From positions 78,432,001 through 78,496,000 of the forward strand of contig NC_086097.1 in assembly GCF_963921235.1 (NCBI RefSeq): a stretch of 64,000 bases of DNA. Reading direction: 5' to 3'. The position numbers and the translations under genes were made by a program. The stretch's first letter is position 1, and the number at the start of each line of letters is the position of its first letter. The stretch comes from Mobula hypostoma (Eukaryota). Of the stretch, positions 1-12,513 are shown piece after piece. The notes beneath the pieces are model-generated. The model was not told where the DNA came from, made no database searches, and saw only the letters and a program-made list of their open reading frames with translations.

Positions 1-760
1 ATCAGCCAGAGACAACAAACTGTGCAAATACAAATATAGCAATAAATAATGAGAACGTGAAATATCACGATAAAGAGTTCTTAAAATGAGATCGTTGGTT
101 GTGGGAACATCTCAATGGATGAGTAAGTGAATGTAATTATCCCCTTTTGTTCAAGAGCCTGATGCTTGAGGGGTAGTAACTGTTCCTAAACCTGGTAGTG
201 TGAGTCCTGAAGTTCTTGTACCTTCTACCTGAAGGGTGGTGTGGATCTCTGATGATGGATGGTGCTTTCCTATGACTGTGTTTCATGTGGATGTGCTCAT
301 GGTTGGGAGGACTTCACCAGTGATGTACTAGGCCGCATCCACTACCTTTTGTATGATTTTCTGTTCAAAGGCATTGGTATTTCCATATCAGGCCATGATA
401 CAACCAGTCAATACATTCTCCCACTACACATCAATAAAAATTTGTCCGAGTTTTTGATGACAGACCAAATCTCCACAGTCTCCTAAGGAAGTTGAAATGC
501 TCTCGTGCTTTTTTGCAATTACATTTACATGCTGGGTCCAGGGAAGGCCCTCTGAAATAGTAACACCCAAGAATTTAAAGATGCTAGCCCCCTCTGGTGC
601 TGATTCTCCAATAAGGACTGACTCATGGACTTCTGGTTTTCCTCTCCTGAAGTCTACAATCAGTTGCTTGGTCTTGCTGACAGAGTGGGAGGTTATTGAC
701 TCCACTCAGCCAAGTTTTCAATCATCCTCTTGTATGCTGATTCATCACCACCTTTGGTAA
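1..760 (-). mobile_element. Rex1/Babar-type LINE 3' fragment (degenerate RT C-terminus and 3' UTR)
   Basis: ORF 424..705 contains KTKQLIVDFRR...FKFLGVTISEGLPWTQH, the typical Rex/Babar post-RT motif. The reading frame is broken and the boundaries are approximate. Confidence 0.75.
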
Positions 761-774
761 AAATTTAAATAAAT

Positions 775-1639
775 AAATCTCCTTTGCACCTTCTCTGAAG
801 CGTTTACACCCTTTCTATAATGAGGCAACCAGAACTGAACACAATACTCCCCAAGTGTGGTCTAGCCAGGATTTTATAGAGCTGCAACAATACCACATGC
901 TGCTTTAACTTAATCCCATGAGTAATGAACCTACTTATACCATACACTACTTAACCACCCTATCAACTTGCCCAGCAACTTTGAAGGATTTGCGGATGTA
1001 TACCCCAAGATCTCTCTGTGCTCCTCCACACTCTTAAGAATCCTGCCATTAACTTTGTATTCTGCCTCAAAATCTGACCCTCCAAAGTGAATCACTTCAC
1101 TCTTCTCCGGGATGAACTGCATCTGCCAGTCCTCAGCCCAGCTCTGTGTTCTGTCAATGTCCTGTTGTAACCTACAACAACCTTCTACACATCCACAACT
1201 CCATGTCATCTGCAAATTTACTAACCCACTCTCCCACTTCCTTATCCAAGTCATCTATAAAAATCACAAACGGCAGGGATCCCAGAACAGTTCCCTGTGG
1301 AACATCAATGATCACTGACCTCCAGGAAGAATATCTTTTGCCTTCTATAGGTAAACCAATTCTGAATCCAAGCTTCCCTGGATCCCAAGTCTCTTGACTT
1401 TCAGAATGAGCCTACCATTCATTTATACTCCCAAGTTCCTGTCTAATAGCATAATTATTCACCCTCTCCCAATTAAATACTTTCCTATACCGCTTGCTCC
1501 TATCCCTCTCCAGGGCTATGAGTTGTGGTCACTGCTCACGCACTGAGAGATCTGACACCGGATCAGTACCAAATTCAGTAAGACCTCTCCTCCAGTTGGC
1601 TGTCTACATACTGTGTCAGGAATCCTTCTTGGGCACACC
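775..1639 (-). mobile_element. Degenerate CR1 LINE ORF2 fragments
   Basis: ORF 931..1254 has LQQDIDR..SWAEDWQMQF..KSEVIHFG, a CR1 RT C-terminal motif. Many frameshifts and deletions. Confidence 0.75.
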
Positions 1640-1716
1640 TAACATATATGCAAGCAACACACATCAAAGTTGCTGGTGAATGCAGCAGGCCAGGCAGCAT
1701 CTCTAGGAAGAGGTAC

Positions 1717-1752
1717 AGTCGACATTTCAGGCCGAGACCCTTCGTCAGGACT
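1717..1752 (-). ncRNA. Minimal type I hammerhead ribozyme motif in PLE pLTR
   Basis: Minus strand reads AGTC-CTGACGA-AGG-GTCTCGG-CCT-GAAA-TG-TC-GACT: conserved core, stem I AGTC/GACT and stem II AGG/CCT. The stem III palindrome is mutated (ATGT). Confidence 0.7.
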
Positions 1753-2493
1753 AACTGAAGGAAGAGTTAGTAAGGGATTTGAAAGTGGGAGGGGGAGGGG
1801 GAGATCCGAAATGATAGGAGAAGACAGGAGGGGGAGGGATGGAGCCAAGAGCTGGACAGGTGATTGGCAAAGGGGATATGAGAGGATCATGGGACAGGAG
1901 GCCCAGGGAGAAAGACAAGAGGGGGGGAACCCAGAGGATGGGCAAGGGGTATAGTCAGAGGGACAGAGGGAGAAAAAGGAGAGTGAGAGAAAGAATGTGT
2001 GTATAAAAATAAATAACGGATGGGATACGAGGGGGAGGTGGGGCATTAGCGCAAGTTAGAGAAGTCAATGTTCATGCCATCAGGTTGGAGGCTACCCAGA
2101 CAGAATATAAGGTGTTGTTCCTCCAACCTGAGTGTGGCTTCATCTTTACAGTAGAGGAGGCCGTGGGTAGACATGTCAGAATGGGAATGGGATGTGGAAT
2201 TAAAATGTGTGGCCACTGGGAGATCCTGCTTTCTTTGGCGGACACATTCCTTCTCTCACTCTCCTTTTTCTCCCTCTGTCCCTCTGACTATACCCCTTGC
2301 CCATCCTCTGGGTTCCCCCCCCACCCCCTTGTCTTTCTCCCCAGGCCTCCTGTCCAATGATCCTCTCATATCCCCTTTGCCAATCACCTGTCCAGCTCTT
2401 GGCTCCATCCTCCCCCTCCTGTCTTCTCCTATCATTTTGGATCTCCCCCTTCCTGTCCCACTTTCAAATCTCTTACTAACTCTCCCTTCAGTT

Positions 2494-2529
2494 AGTCCTG
2501 ATGAAGGGTCTCGGCCTGAAACGTCGCCC
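2494..2529 (+). ncRNA. Minimal hammerhead ribozyme motif in PLE pLTR (stem I mutated)
   Basis: Reads AGTC-CTGATGA-AGG-GTCTCGG-CCT-GAAA-CG-TC-GCCC. The core is intact, but the 3' stem I strand has diverged from GACT. Confidence 0.65.
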
Positions 2530-3500
2530 GTACCTCTTCCTAGAGATGCTGCCTGGCCTGCTGCGTTCACCAGCAACTTTAATGTGTGTTGCTTGAATTT
2601 CCAGCATCTGCAGAATTCTTGTTGTTAACATATATGCAATGCTGTTTATGCTATTTATATCAGAAAGAATTATGAAATATTCCTCCAGAAAAAACAGGTA
2701 TGGTAATTTCAGGAAAGTGTCTGGCACGCTTGAAGAAACTGAAAGAGTTTCAAGTACCAAGGAACTGCATTACATTTATGTGCTCATTAATGTTCTAGCG
2801 TTTACCCTCGGCCATTAGGCTCTATAATGAGTCAACCTATAGCCAGCAAAGTGAGGTGACATCCTCTTGTTAGACTGTTTGTGGAAACTTATTTTTTATT
2901 CTTTCTATTTCTCTTCTAATATTTATATCTGTACACTTGTAATGCTACTGTGACACTGTAATTTCCTTTGGGATAAATGAAGTATCTATCCATCTATCTA
3001 TAGTGTAGTTAGCAAGTACTATAATGTATTTCTAACAGAAGATATCATCAAATTCAAAGTTCATTTGGTCCAAATTGACCAAGATACTAAGAAAAATTAT
3101 TTAAATATATGCTATTCAGGACACTAAGTTGTTACGGACAAATTAATGTCTCTGGGTCAGGACTCGACAGCATTTTCTAAGTTGAAAGTGATGCAGTTCA
3201 GATATAATCTACAGACTTGTGCACAGTTTACAGAAAGTCTTTGCAAGCACAAAATATGCTTGATTACAGTAATCCCATCCGTAAATATGTTTCAAGTGTG
3301 ACATGTTAGTCAAAGTTTATGGTTCTACCCCATAATTTAGCACAACGATCTGAACTTACAAAGATAGTATCTTCTGTTTTCAGCATTCATGTAAAAAAAA
3401 TGTCTCAAAGCACTCATCAGGATCCTCCATAGCAAATGAGATTGCCAATGTAAGTAAATGAAAATTATAGAAATCAGTTAAAAGAAGTAGATCAAGAAAT

Positions 3501-3668
3501 ATCTGTAGGAAGAGGTGCAGTCGACGTTTCAGGACAAAGGGTCTCGGCCTGAAACGTCGACTGCACCTCTTCCTACAGATGCTGCCTGGCCTGCTGCGTT
3601 CACCAGCAACTTTGATGTGTGTTGCTTGAATTTCCAGCATCTGCAGAATTCCTGTTGTTTGCGTTTAA
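3501..3668 (+). mobile_element. Miniature PLE insertion with short inverted 5' arm
   Basis: PLE 3' end preceded by a 33-bp inverted copy (3501-3533 vs 3548-3580). Duplication AGATCAAGAAATAT at 3489-3502 and 3669-3682. Confidence 0.85.
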
Positions 3669-3832
3669 AGATCAAGAAATATGCATGTTTCATAACATAT
3701 TCAACAGCAGCTGGGCCTTAGGCACCAAGCCCTGCCCCAGACAACCCCAGTGACCTTCTGTCAACTCATGCTGTCAAAAGGCCTTTTCAGATCTCGCAAA
3801 ATGTCAGAGGCAGCTATGAGGACATGTGATAG

Positions 3833-4395
3833 AAACACAGAAACATAGAAAACCTACAGCACAATACAGGCCCTTCGGCCGAACATGTCCTTACCTTAGA
3901 AATTACCTAGGGTGACACATAGCCCTCCATTTTTCTAAGATCCATGTACCTATCCAGGAGTCTCTTAAAAGACCCTATTGTATCCACCTCCACCACCGTT
4001 GCTGGCAACCCATTCCACGTACTCACCACTCTCTGAGTAAAAAAACTTACCACTGACATCTCCTCTGTACCTACTTCCAAGCACCTTAAAACTGTGCCCT
4101 CTTCTGCTAGCCATTTCTGCCCTGGGAAAATGCCTCTGACTATCCGCACAATCAATGCCTCTCATCATCTTATACACCTCTAATCAGGTCATCTCTCATC
4201 CTCCTTCACTCGAAGGAGAAAAGGCCAAGTTCATTCAACCTATTCTCATAAGGCATGCTCCCCAATCCAGGCAACATCCTTATAAATCTCCTCTGCACCC
4301 TTTCTATGGTTTCCACATCCTTCATGTAGTGAGGCGACCAGAACTGAGCTCCGTACTCCAAGTGGGGTCTGATCAGGGTCCGATATAGCTGCAAC
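3833..4395 (-). mobile_element. CR1 LINE 3' end
   Basis: ORFs 4206..4397 (LYRTLIRPHLEYGAQFWSPH...IERVQRRF) and 3965..4177. The 3' tail appears as AGAAACATAGAAAACC on the plus strand. Confidence 0.9.
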
Positions 4396-5282
4396 ATAAA
4401 GTTGTTATAGCCAGGGGTGGTAATGGGGACAAGCTCTCACTATCTATTAAATGCTCTAATGACATCGGTCTCAAATAGCCTTTGACAATCAAGTCCAGCT
4501 CCTGACCTTCACGTGTGGCTGAGCTACTAAGCCTGGCAGAGCTGTTTCTACTGATCGGAGAAGGGGAAAAGGTAGTTATTGGCATCTTAAAACCAGTCAC
4601 TTTGGGCAGATGGGATTTGTCAGCTGTGGTTAGCAACTGATCTAGAAGGAAAACTCTGATCTCAAACCTTTGCTGCCCTGCGGCTATACTCATTCATGGA
4701 GAAGGCTTTCAGAGTAAACCACCAAGGGAAAAGTCTGGAGCTGGCGTCCATAAGACAGACCCTATATTGAAGTAAATGTTGACTGGCAACCCCTGCAAAA
4801 CCGATGGTGCCAAACTGTATCGGTCTCTGCCGTTCCTTTGGGCGCATCAGCTGCGTGGAAAGGGGGAGCTTGCTACATGGGCAATAGCTTACTGTCCATA
4901 TCGTATTGATCTTGCTTGTGTATCTAGACAAGCAGGACACAATACCCATGGTTGACCCTGACCAACGGAGTCCTCAGATTTTGGCCAGTGCATGACTAAA
5001 CAAAGGTAACAAACAGGATGCTAATAATCAATGACATAATGAGTTGAATGAACTAAACTGATTCACTGAAACAGAAACGGGTGTAGAAGGAATCAAACTT
5101 AATGAAGGACAAACAAACTAAAAGGTGAAGGTGTGGAAATATATTTACATAATTTATATGTAATTATCATAAAAAATAATGTATTTTGCAGCACAATGGA
5201 TAAAACATTTAAAATATTAAATGGGGATAAAAAGATGACAAAACCCCTTAGGTTTACATACTTTTGAATAAGGTTATTAATC

Positions 5283-6295
5283 ATAGATACAGGAGCAGAA
5301 TTACATCATTTGGCCCATCAAGTCTGCTCCATCATTTCATCATGGCTGATCCAATTTTCCTCTCATCCCCAATCTCCTGCCTTCTTCCCATATCCCTTCA
5401 TGCTCTGACTAATCAAAAATCTATCAACTTTTGCTAAAAATATACCCAATGACTTGGCCTCCACAGCCGCCTGTGGCAATGAATTCCAGATTCACCACAC
5501 GCTGGCTAAAGAAATTCAAATCCTGATGAGCTGGGAAAAGTCGCCCTCTGGCACCATCTTTAGTTCCGCCTCTCATCTGATAAACATTTTAATCCCAGAA
5601 TCATTTTTATGAACCTCCTTTAAACTCTCTCCAATGTCAGCAGATCCTTTCTTAAATAAGGAGTTCAAAACTACTCACAAAACGCCAAATAAGGCCTTAC
5701 CAGCACCTTATAAAACCTTAACATTACATCCTTGCTTTTATATTCTAATTCTCTCGACATCCATGCTAACATTGCATTTTCCTTCCTCACCACTGACTGA
5801 ATCTGTTAAGTAACCTTTAGGGAATCCTGCACAAGGACTCCTAAATTCCTTTGCACCTCAGAGTTTTGAATTTTTTCTCCATTTAGGAAATAGTCTACCC
5901 TTTTATTTCTTCTACTAAAGTGCATGACCATACACTTCTTGGCACTGTATTCCATCTGACATTTCTTAGCCATTTTCTTAATCTGTCCAAGTCCTTCTGT
6001 AGCCTCCTCAACACCACCTGCCCTTCCACCTCTCTTTGTATTGTCCGTAAATTTGGCCACAATACCAGTAATTCCTTCATCCAAATCATTGAGATACAGT
6101 ACAATGTAAAAGAAGCAGTCCCAACACAAACCCATGTGGAACACCAGAAAAGACTCAGTTTATTCCCACACTTTGCCTCCTGCTAATCAGCCAATGCTCC
6201 ATCCTTGCTGGTATCTTTCCTGTAATAACATGGGATCTTAACTTGTTAAGCAGTCTCATGTGTGGTACCTTGTCAAAGGCCTTCTGAAAATCCAA
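5283..6295 (-). mobile_element. Degenerate CR1 LINE RT/3' fragment
   Basis: ORF 5806..6144 has LYLNDLDEGI...AKFTDNTK (decayed FADD) and KCMVMHF. Confidence 0.85.
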
Positions 6296-8099
6296 TATTA
6301 CCACTGGTGTTGTGAAGCTGTGGGGATAAGAAGTGTATCTGGCCCCTCAGCTCAGTACAGTTAGGAAATACCCCTGGACTCAAGTGTTAAGTTCAGGGAT
6401 GCCATGGAAAGTCATATGTGGTAAAGCCACCAGCAAGCAATCAGCGCACTCTGCCCCAATAAGATTAACAATGTGTCTGAAAGTTTGAAATGGTCTCAAA
6501 GTTTCTTCTTCTGAATTTCACCTAGCAGAATTTTGAGCAGACCTAAAAAAATGTTACATTTTCCAACAGGACTTAACACTTGCTTTACCATAGCCACTTT
6601 GTGTAGTGGGGCAGATTGGTGGACAAGGACGTCACTTACCTTTGACGTGCATTGTCAAATTTGGGTGCCTAGAACGAAGGTCACAATGATTGCACACCCC
6701 AAGAATAAAGAATTAAATTTTTTGATGGCCTCATGAACGTCATGGAAGAATCTTACCTGTTGGACTTCCCTATAATCTTGCTATAGTCGTCAGGTAGTAG
6801 GGATGCGCTTAAATCTATCTGTATAGGCTTTCATCCTCTTGTGAAGTCCTAATCCTGCAGGCAAGGTTTCATGCCATTGATGAATTGCATATTTGCATTA
6901 AACATTGCAAGAGGAGTGTCAATCATTAATTACCTGCCAATTGGCATCACTAGGTTTGCCTAGAAGACTTTGTGCATAAATAGTATATTGCCTAGAAGGC
7001 TTCATGCATGTGGACTATACCTCAGATTTCAGAAAAGCACTATATGTTCACAAAATACCACATAACGTTTCATCATATCATGTGTAAAGATCATACTATC
7101 CAATGGTATGTCCAGGCTAAATTCTTTGTCAAAATCTTTGCAGTACTTAGGAGCTAACCCCAGAGGGACTGCTACACACCCAGATGTTTTAATAATCTCA
7201 TCCAAACAGAGACACAGGATTTCTTTTGTTCTACCTGAGGAAATTATAGATCACTCAACCATCTACACTGTCTAACCCCTACGGTAGAACTTTACTATAC
7301 ACAAATTATCACTAAATTTCCTTAAATTACAACAGTAACTATTATCTATATGTTGCTTCATTGGCTAGGAATAACATTAGAACATTCTGAAGTCCTGTTT
7401 CTATAAACTAAAGCGTTAAGTTGCAATTTATATTTCACAGTGTATTTTAATAATTTTGCCTAAATTACCCGTTTGTACTTCTGCATATTTTCAGAGTTTG
7501 AGCACCGCTACAAGACAGCATTAATTGCTGATCACTAATTATCCTGGTGTTCGTGAACCAGATCCCCAGCTACGGGTAAATAGCCCCACTGCTTGTTGGC
7601 AGTTTGGGAAGACTCAAAGGCTACAGGAGTAAACCCAGACAGCAAATCCGAGTGGACGTCATTGAGCATTCTTCCGGCAACTCCTGCAGCCAAGCTGGTG
7701 TCAAACATATTGCTTCATAAGCTTTCCTTTGGACTACACTGGCGAAGCCAAGAGGGGGATCTTGACAACTGGGCATCTCAGGATCTCCATTCCTTCTGCC
7801 CAGGCTTGTGATGATGATCAGCATCACTCATTGTCCTTCAAGACAGGCGGAAGCAACCAACCAACCAATTGACCTTGAAATGAATGGTTTGCTCAGTTAC
7901 TTCAGAGGCAACCACATTGGTGGGTCTGGAATCACATATGGAAAAGGCTGGCAGATTTCTTCCCCCTAAAGCCCAATAATAGACCAAATAGGTTTTCAGA
8001 CAGTGCAGTGTATTGTGCTCATCATTATTATGTGTTCATTTATTTTAAATCCCAGGATATTTATTAAATTTAAATTCAACTGCTTCATGACTTATAGCC

Positions 8100-8790
8100 C
8101 AAGAGGAGAGGAGAAGATAGTGGTGCAACACAGCTCACAGCGGCCACTCCAGTGGTGATGTCTGTTATTTGCCAAGTAGCGTGCCGTGCACAATCCTGAT
8201 TTGATGGAGACGGATGTCAGAGTACGGAGGAACATCTGGTGAAACTTCTGAAATGGCTGCTTCGCTACTGCTGCTACTGTGTGGTCCGAAATCTCCAAAG
8301 GGGAAGGCCCTGAGTCCTCGGCTTTGCTTGTTGCCCGGCAGCCGGGGCAGGGTTGAAGCCCTCGGCAGAGGATGGTGCTCGGAGAGGCTGTGTCGAAAGG
8401 CTGATCAGAGGCTCGAAGTTTTCGGACGGACTCAGAGTCCGCTGCAGTCGGGTGCTTCCAGTGCTGCTGCATCGGCAAGTTTGTGGTGCTTGGAGGTTCA
8501 TGGCAGGGAGGGTTTCTCCCTTCTACCGTCTGTGTGAGATGATGAGGCTATTGGGACTTCGAGACTTTTTTTTACCGTGCCCATGGTCTGCTCTTTATCC
8601 AATTACAGTATTGCTTTGCCCTGTTGTAACTATATGTTATAATTATGTGGTTTTGTCAGTTTTAGTCTTGGTTTGTCCTGTGTTTCTTGTGATATCATTC
8701 TGGAGGAACATTGTATCATTTTTTAATGCATGCATTTCTAAATGACAATAAACGAGGACTGAGTGTCCTCATAATCTAATCGAATCTAAG
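8100..8790 (+). mobile_element. Non-autonomous non-LTR retroelement (GC-rich head, AT-rich tail ending in AATCT repeats)
   Basis: Homologous over its length to an inverted copy at 37899-38545. Starts GGAGAAGAT(A/G)G and ends AATAAA...CATAATCTAATCGAATCT. No coherent ORF. Confidence 0.75.
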
Positions 8791-10014
8791 TTCTTTGCTG
8801 GCTCTATTATTTTCAAACCTCGATTACTTTTTTAATTTATCCTAATTTTAGAGATTTGTTTAATAGTACAATAATCTAAACCATTTACCAGTTTGAAAGA
8901 AAATATATCAAACATTTGTTATAATTCAGGATATCTTTGGGGTTGTGAACAAAAGGAATGTATTGTTCATAGAAGTAACATTTACAGACTTTCAAACTAT
9001 AATCCATTCAAGTGTGGTCTCAGATTTTATCAAGTTATTATCAATCAAAACTGCTGTTTGGAAACTAATAGGTTCTAAAGTTTAGGATACTTGCCTACGA
9101 TTGTTTCCTTTAAAATATTGGTAATTCTCAGTATTCAAACACCATACCTTTCCAGTAAAAACCAACACCATCAATGAGCTACATGAACTCTTCCAAGGAA
9201 TACAAATGCATACAGTACTTTATTGTTGGTTGCTGTAAGTCATGCACACCAAAGAACAGAATAATTAGACGAATTGTCCCCTGGAGTATTGGTGGCAAAC
9301 AAGACTGTAGGTGAAATCTCCTTCATTCTATTTTGAAAAGCAAATCAAAATTACAATTAACTTTAGTTTATGAGTTGCTAATGAACAAAAACTCTTCTGA
9401 ATTGAGATTCATTTTAAGTAGTTTTAAAGTTTTTCGTTACTGGTGATTTACTGTATAATGAACACTGTATGGAGATAAGAGTATGCAATGCAAGTACAAT
9501 ACAACTTTTTCTGGATTACCAACACCTTTTCAGAGGTCAAGGGTTTGTTTGAGGGAGGTTAGACCTTTCATATAATCTTGTGCTATGAAACAGTCCATTT
9601 CTACATTCGCCACTTCCATCGTATTCCTGCTGCACTTAACTATTGAAGATCTGGTGAGTGTAGCAAACCCACGAGCAGTGATTTGATCTCGGATGTATAT
9701 TTAGAGACCCCCACTCCAAGTATTTGTGCTGTTGTCAAAAGCTCTGTAACCACTGATAGGTGACTCTGATATAAGCATTTTTTTTCAAAAAATAATATGA
9801 AATTTTTTAAAAAAGCCTCAACTTTTGTTTTTAATCCAGGTTGGCTACCCCAATAAAATGCCTCCAACACATGCTACAGATGGTGTAGAACTAGGGTTGG
9901 ATGTGCTGACCTTCCCTACAGAATAAGTACCTGTGACACTTCCCGACAGAACCACAAGCCAGAGGTATCAGGCCAAGAAGTATAATGATTTGTATTTGTA
10001 TTTGAACCTCCACA

Positions 10015-10175
10015 ATATTCCGCGTGGGAATTTAAACTGGAGGTGGCAGTGTTTTATTTACGAGGTCAAGTTGCGAGCTCGACATCAACCCCGGTGCGGA
10101 TGGAGAGTGCGCACGGGGGCAGTCTGTCACTGGGAACCTCCGTTCTCGAGCCCAGCGCTGATCTCACTGCACCAC
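10015..10175 (-). mobile_element. SINE fragment related to the tRNA-derived SINE at 63006-63310
   Basis: Its reverse complement aligns with the GGTTGAGTGTCGAGATCGTAACTCGACCTCGTAAAATAAA segment of the 63006 element. Confidence 0.6.
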
Positions 10176-10406
10176 CATTTATACAAAATTAATTAGTTAT
10201 CCTCTTTAGAACAAGATATATGGGGCCAAAGTTGCAAAGGCAAATGAAACAAAATGATAACCAATAAGTTTGTCATACAAGTAAGAAAAGCAACAATTTC
10301 AAACACAGCTCCTACTTCTTACTTCCATGACCAATTCCCCACATACAATGCCCATTACTACATGCAACTTCATTTACAAAGCTTGTAAAATTTATCTTTT
10401 ACTCAC

Positions 10407-10547
10407 AGCAGCATCACTGGATATTGCCTCCAGACATTTCAACTGTTGTTCTATCTCTTCCATTCGCAAGTGTTGCTCTCGTTCATCTCGCAACTGAACA
10501 AGGACCTCTTCTCCTGGCCCAATCTCTGTATAACTATCCACGGAGCT
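10407..10547 (-). CDS. FSIP1: Internal coding exon of host gene, FSIP1-like (SSVDSYTEIGPGEEVLVQLRDEREQHLRMEEIEQQLKCLEAISSDAA)
   Basis: Acceptor ...acttatttgcag and donor GTGAGT, 141 nt, phase 0/0, stop-free, non-repetitive. The peptide resembles my recollection of FSIP1 [27 protein letters not shown]. The identity was not confirmed by a search. Confidence 0.65.
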
Positions 10548-10845
10548 CTGCAAATAAGTTGGATTGAATACATTTAAGAATAACTTAAAGTCTAATTAAT
10601 TTCTTGATACTTAATAAATTCTTCACAGTTTCAATACTTTAGATTGTGCAGCTTTATAAATTGACAGAAAATAATATCAATAGGTACTCACTTAAAGATT
10701 AAAGCCTGAGTAAGTAAGAAGCAAATCAGTCTCCATATGTGAAGGAAGAAATAAAGTTAAATTTCAAGTTGATGGCCAATCATCTTCTAAGGAAAATGTG
10801 ATAAATGGGGAGCCCATTGTTGAGGAAAAAGAAAGACCTATTTGA

Positions 10846-12513
10846 AACACTGGCATGGAAGGTGACACTGGCATGGAAGGTGACACTGGCATAGGAGGAA
10901 ACACTGGCATGGAAGGTGACACTGGCATGGAAGGTGACATTGGCATGGAAGGTGACACTGGCATGGAAGGAAATACTGGCATGGAAGGTGACACTGGCAT
11001 GGGTGACACTGGCATGGAAGGTGACACTGGCATGGAAGGTGACATTGGCATGGAAGGTGACACAGACAGGGAAGGAAACATTGGCATGGAAGGTGACACT
11101 GGCATGGGTGACACTGGCATGGAAGGTGACACTGGCATAGGAGGAAACACTGGCATGGAAGGTGACACTGGCATGGAAGGAAATACTGGCATGGAAGGTG
11201 ACACTGTCATGGAAGGTGACACTGGCATGGAAGGAAATACTGGCATGGAAGGTGACACTGGCATGGAAGGTGACACTGGCAGGGAAGGTGACACTGGCAT
11301 AGGAGGAAACACTGGCATGGAAGGTGACACTGGCAGGGAAGGTGACATTGGCATAGGAGGAAACACTGGCAGGGAAGGTGACACTGGCATGGAAGGTGAC
11401 ACTGGCATGAAAGGTGACATTGGCATGGAAGGTGACACTGGCAGGGAAGGTGACACTGGCATAGGAGGAAACACTGGCATGGAAGGTGACACTGGCATGG
11501 AAGGAAATACTGGCATGGAAGGTGACACTGGCATGGAAGGTGACACTGGCAGGGAAGGTGACACTGGCATAGGAGGAAACACTGGCATGGAAGGTGACAC
11601 TGGCAGGGAAGGTGACACTGGCATAGGAGGAAACACTGGCATGGAAGGTGACACTGGCAGGGAAGGTGACACTGGCATAGGAGGAAACACTGGCATGGAA
11701 GGTGACACTGGCATGGGTGACACTGGCATGGAAGGTGACACTGGCATAGGAGGAAACACTGGCATGGAAGGTGACACTGGCATGGAAGGAAATACTGGCA
11801 TGGAAGGCGACACTGGCATGGAAGGTGACACTGGCAGGGAAGGTGACACTGGCATGGAAGGTGACACTGGCAGGGAAGGTGACATTGGCATGGAAGGTGA
11901 CATTGGCATGGAAGATGACACTGGCATGGAAGGAAATACTGGCATGGAAGGTGACACTGGCATGGAAGGTGACACAGACAGGGAAGGAAACATTGGCATG
12001 GAAGGTGACACTGGCATGGGTGACACTGGCATGGAAGGTGACACTGGCATAGGAGGAAACACTAGCATGGACGGTGACACTGGCATGGAAGGAAATACTG
12101 GCATGGAAGGTGGCACTGGCATGGAAGGCGACACTGGCATGAAAGGTGACACTGGCATAGGAGGAAACACTGGCATGGAAGGTGACACTGGCAGGGAAGG
12201 TGACACTGGCATGGAAGGTGACACTGGCATGGTAGGTGACACTGGCAGGGAAGGTGACACTGGCATGGAAGGTGACACTGGCAGGGAAGGTGACACTGGC
12301 ATGGAAGAAAACACTGGCATGGAAGGTGACACTGGCATGGAAGGTGACACTGGCAGGGAAGGTGACACTGGCATGGAAGGTGACACTGGCAGGGAAGGTG
12401 ACACTGGCATGGAAGGTGACACTGGCAGGGAAGGTGACACTGGCATGGAAGGTGACACTGGCAGGGAAGGTGACACTGGCATGGAAGAAAACACTGGCAT
12501 GGAAGGTGCCACT
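10846..12513. repeat. 18-bp minisatellite (consensus GGCATGGAAGGTGACACT), about 90 units
   Basis: Directly visible tandem array with variant units (GGCATAGGAGGAAACACT, GGCAGGGAAGGTGACACT, 15-nt GGCATGGGTGACACT). It produces ORFs 10764..12602(-) and 10855..12576(+). Confidence 0.97.

Larger units (their letters stand above)
1652..2625. mobile_element. Penelope-like element (PLE) insertion with inverted head-to-head arms (minus arm 1652-2241, plus arm 2242-2625)
   Basis: The minus arm carries the GIY-YIG C-terminus (DLPVATHFNSTSH...LRLEEQHLIF) and the pseudo-LTR. The plus arm is an inverted copy of the pLTR. Flanking duplication TAACATATATGCAA at 1640-1653 and 2626-2639. Confidence 0.9.

Noticed and set aside
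1639..2628. Recurrent short ORFs (MLVNAAGQAASLGRGTVD.., ..PRDAAWPAAFTSNF) suggesting a small multicopy gene family
   Set aside because: These are translations of the non-coding PLE pseudo-LTR in both orientations.
4400..4975. GC-richer segment resembling a retroelement 5' region (a similar-looking segment at 7560-7865)
   Set aside because: Probably repeat-derived, but I cannot support a family assignment from the sequence alone.
6641..6860. Two possible minus-strand exons (donor-like sites near 6640 and 6756)
   Set aside because: Frames from the best acceptor hit stops, the alternative acceptors lack pyrimidine tracts, and no homology was recognised.
10846..12513. CRISPR-like array
   Set aside because: The units are contiguous with no unique spacers, there are no cas genes, and the context is eukaryotic.
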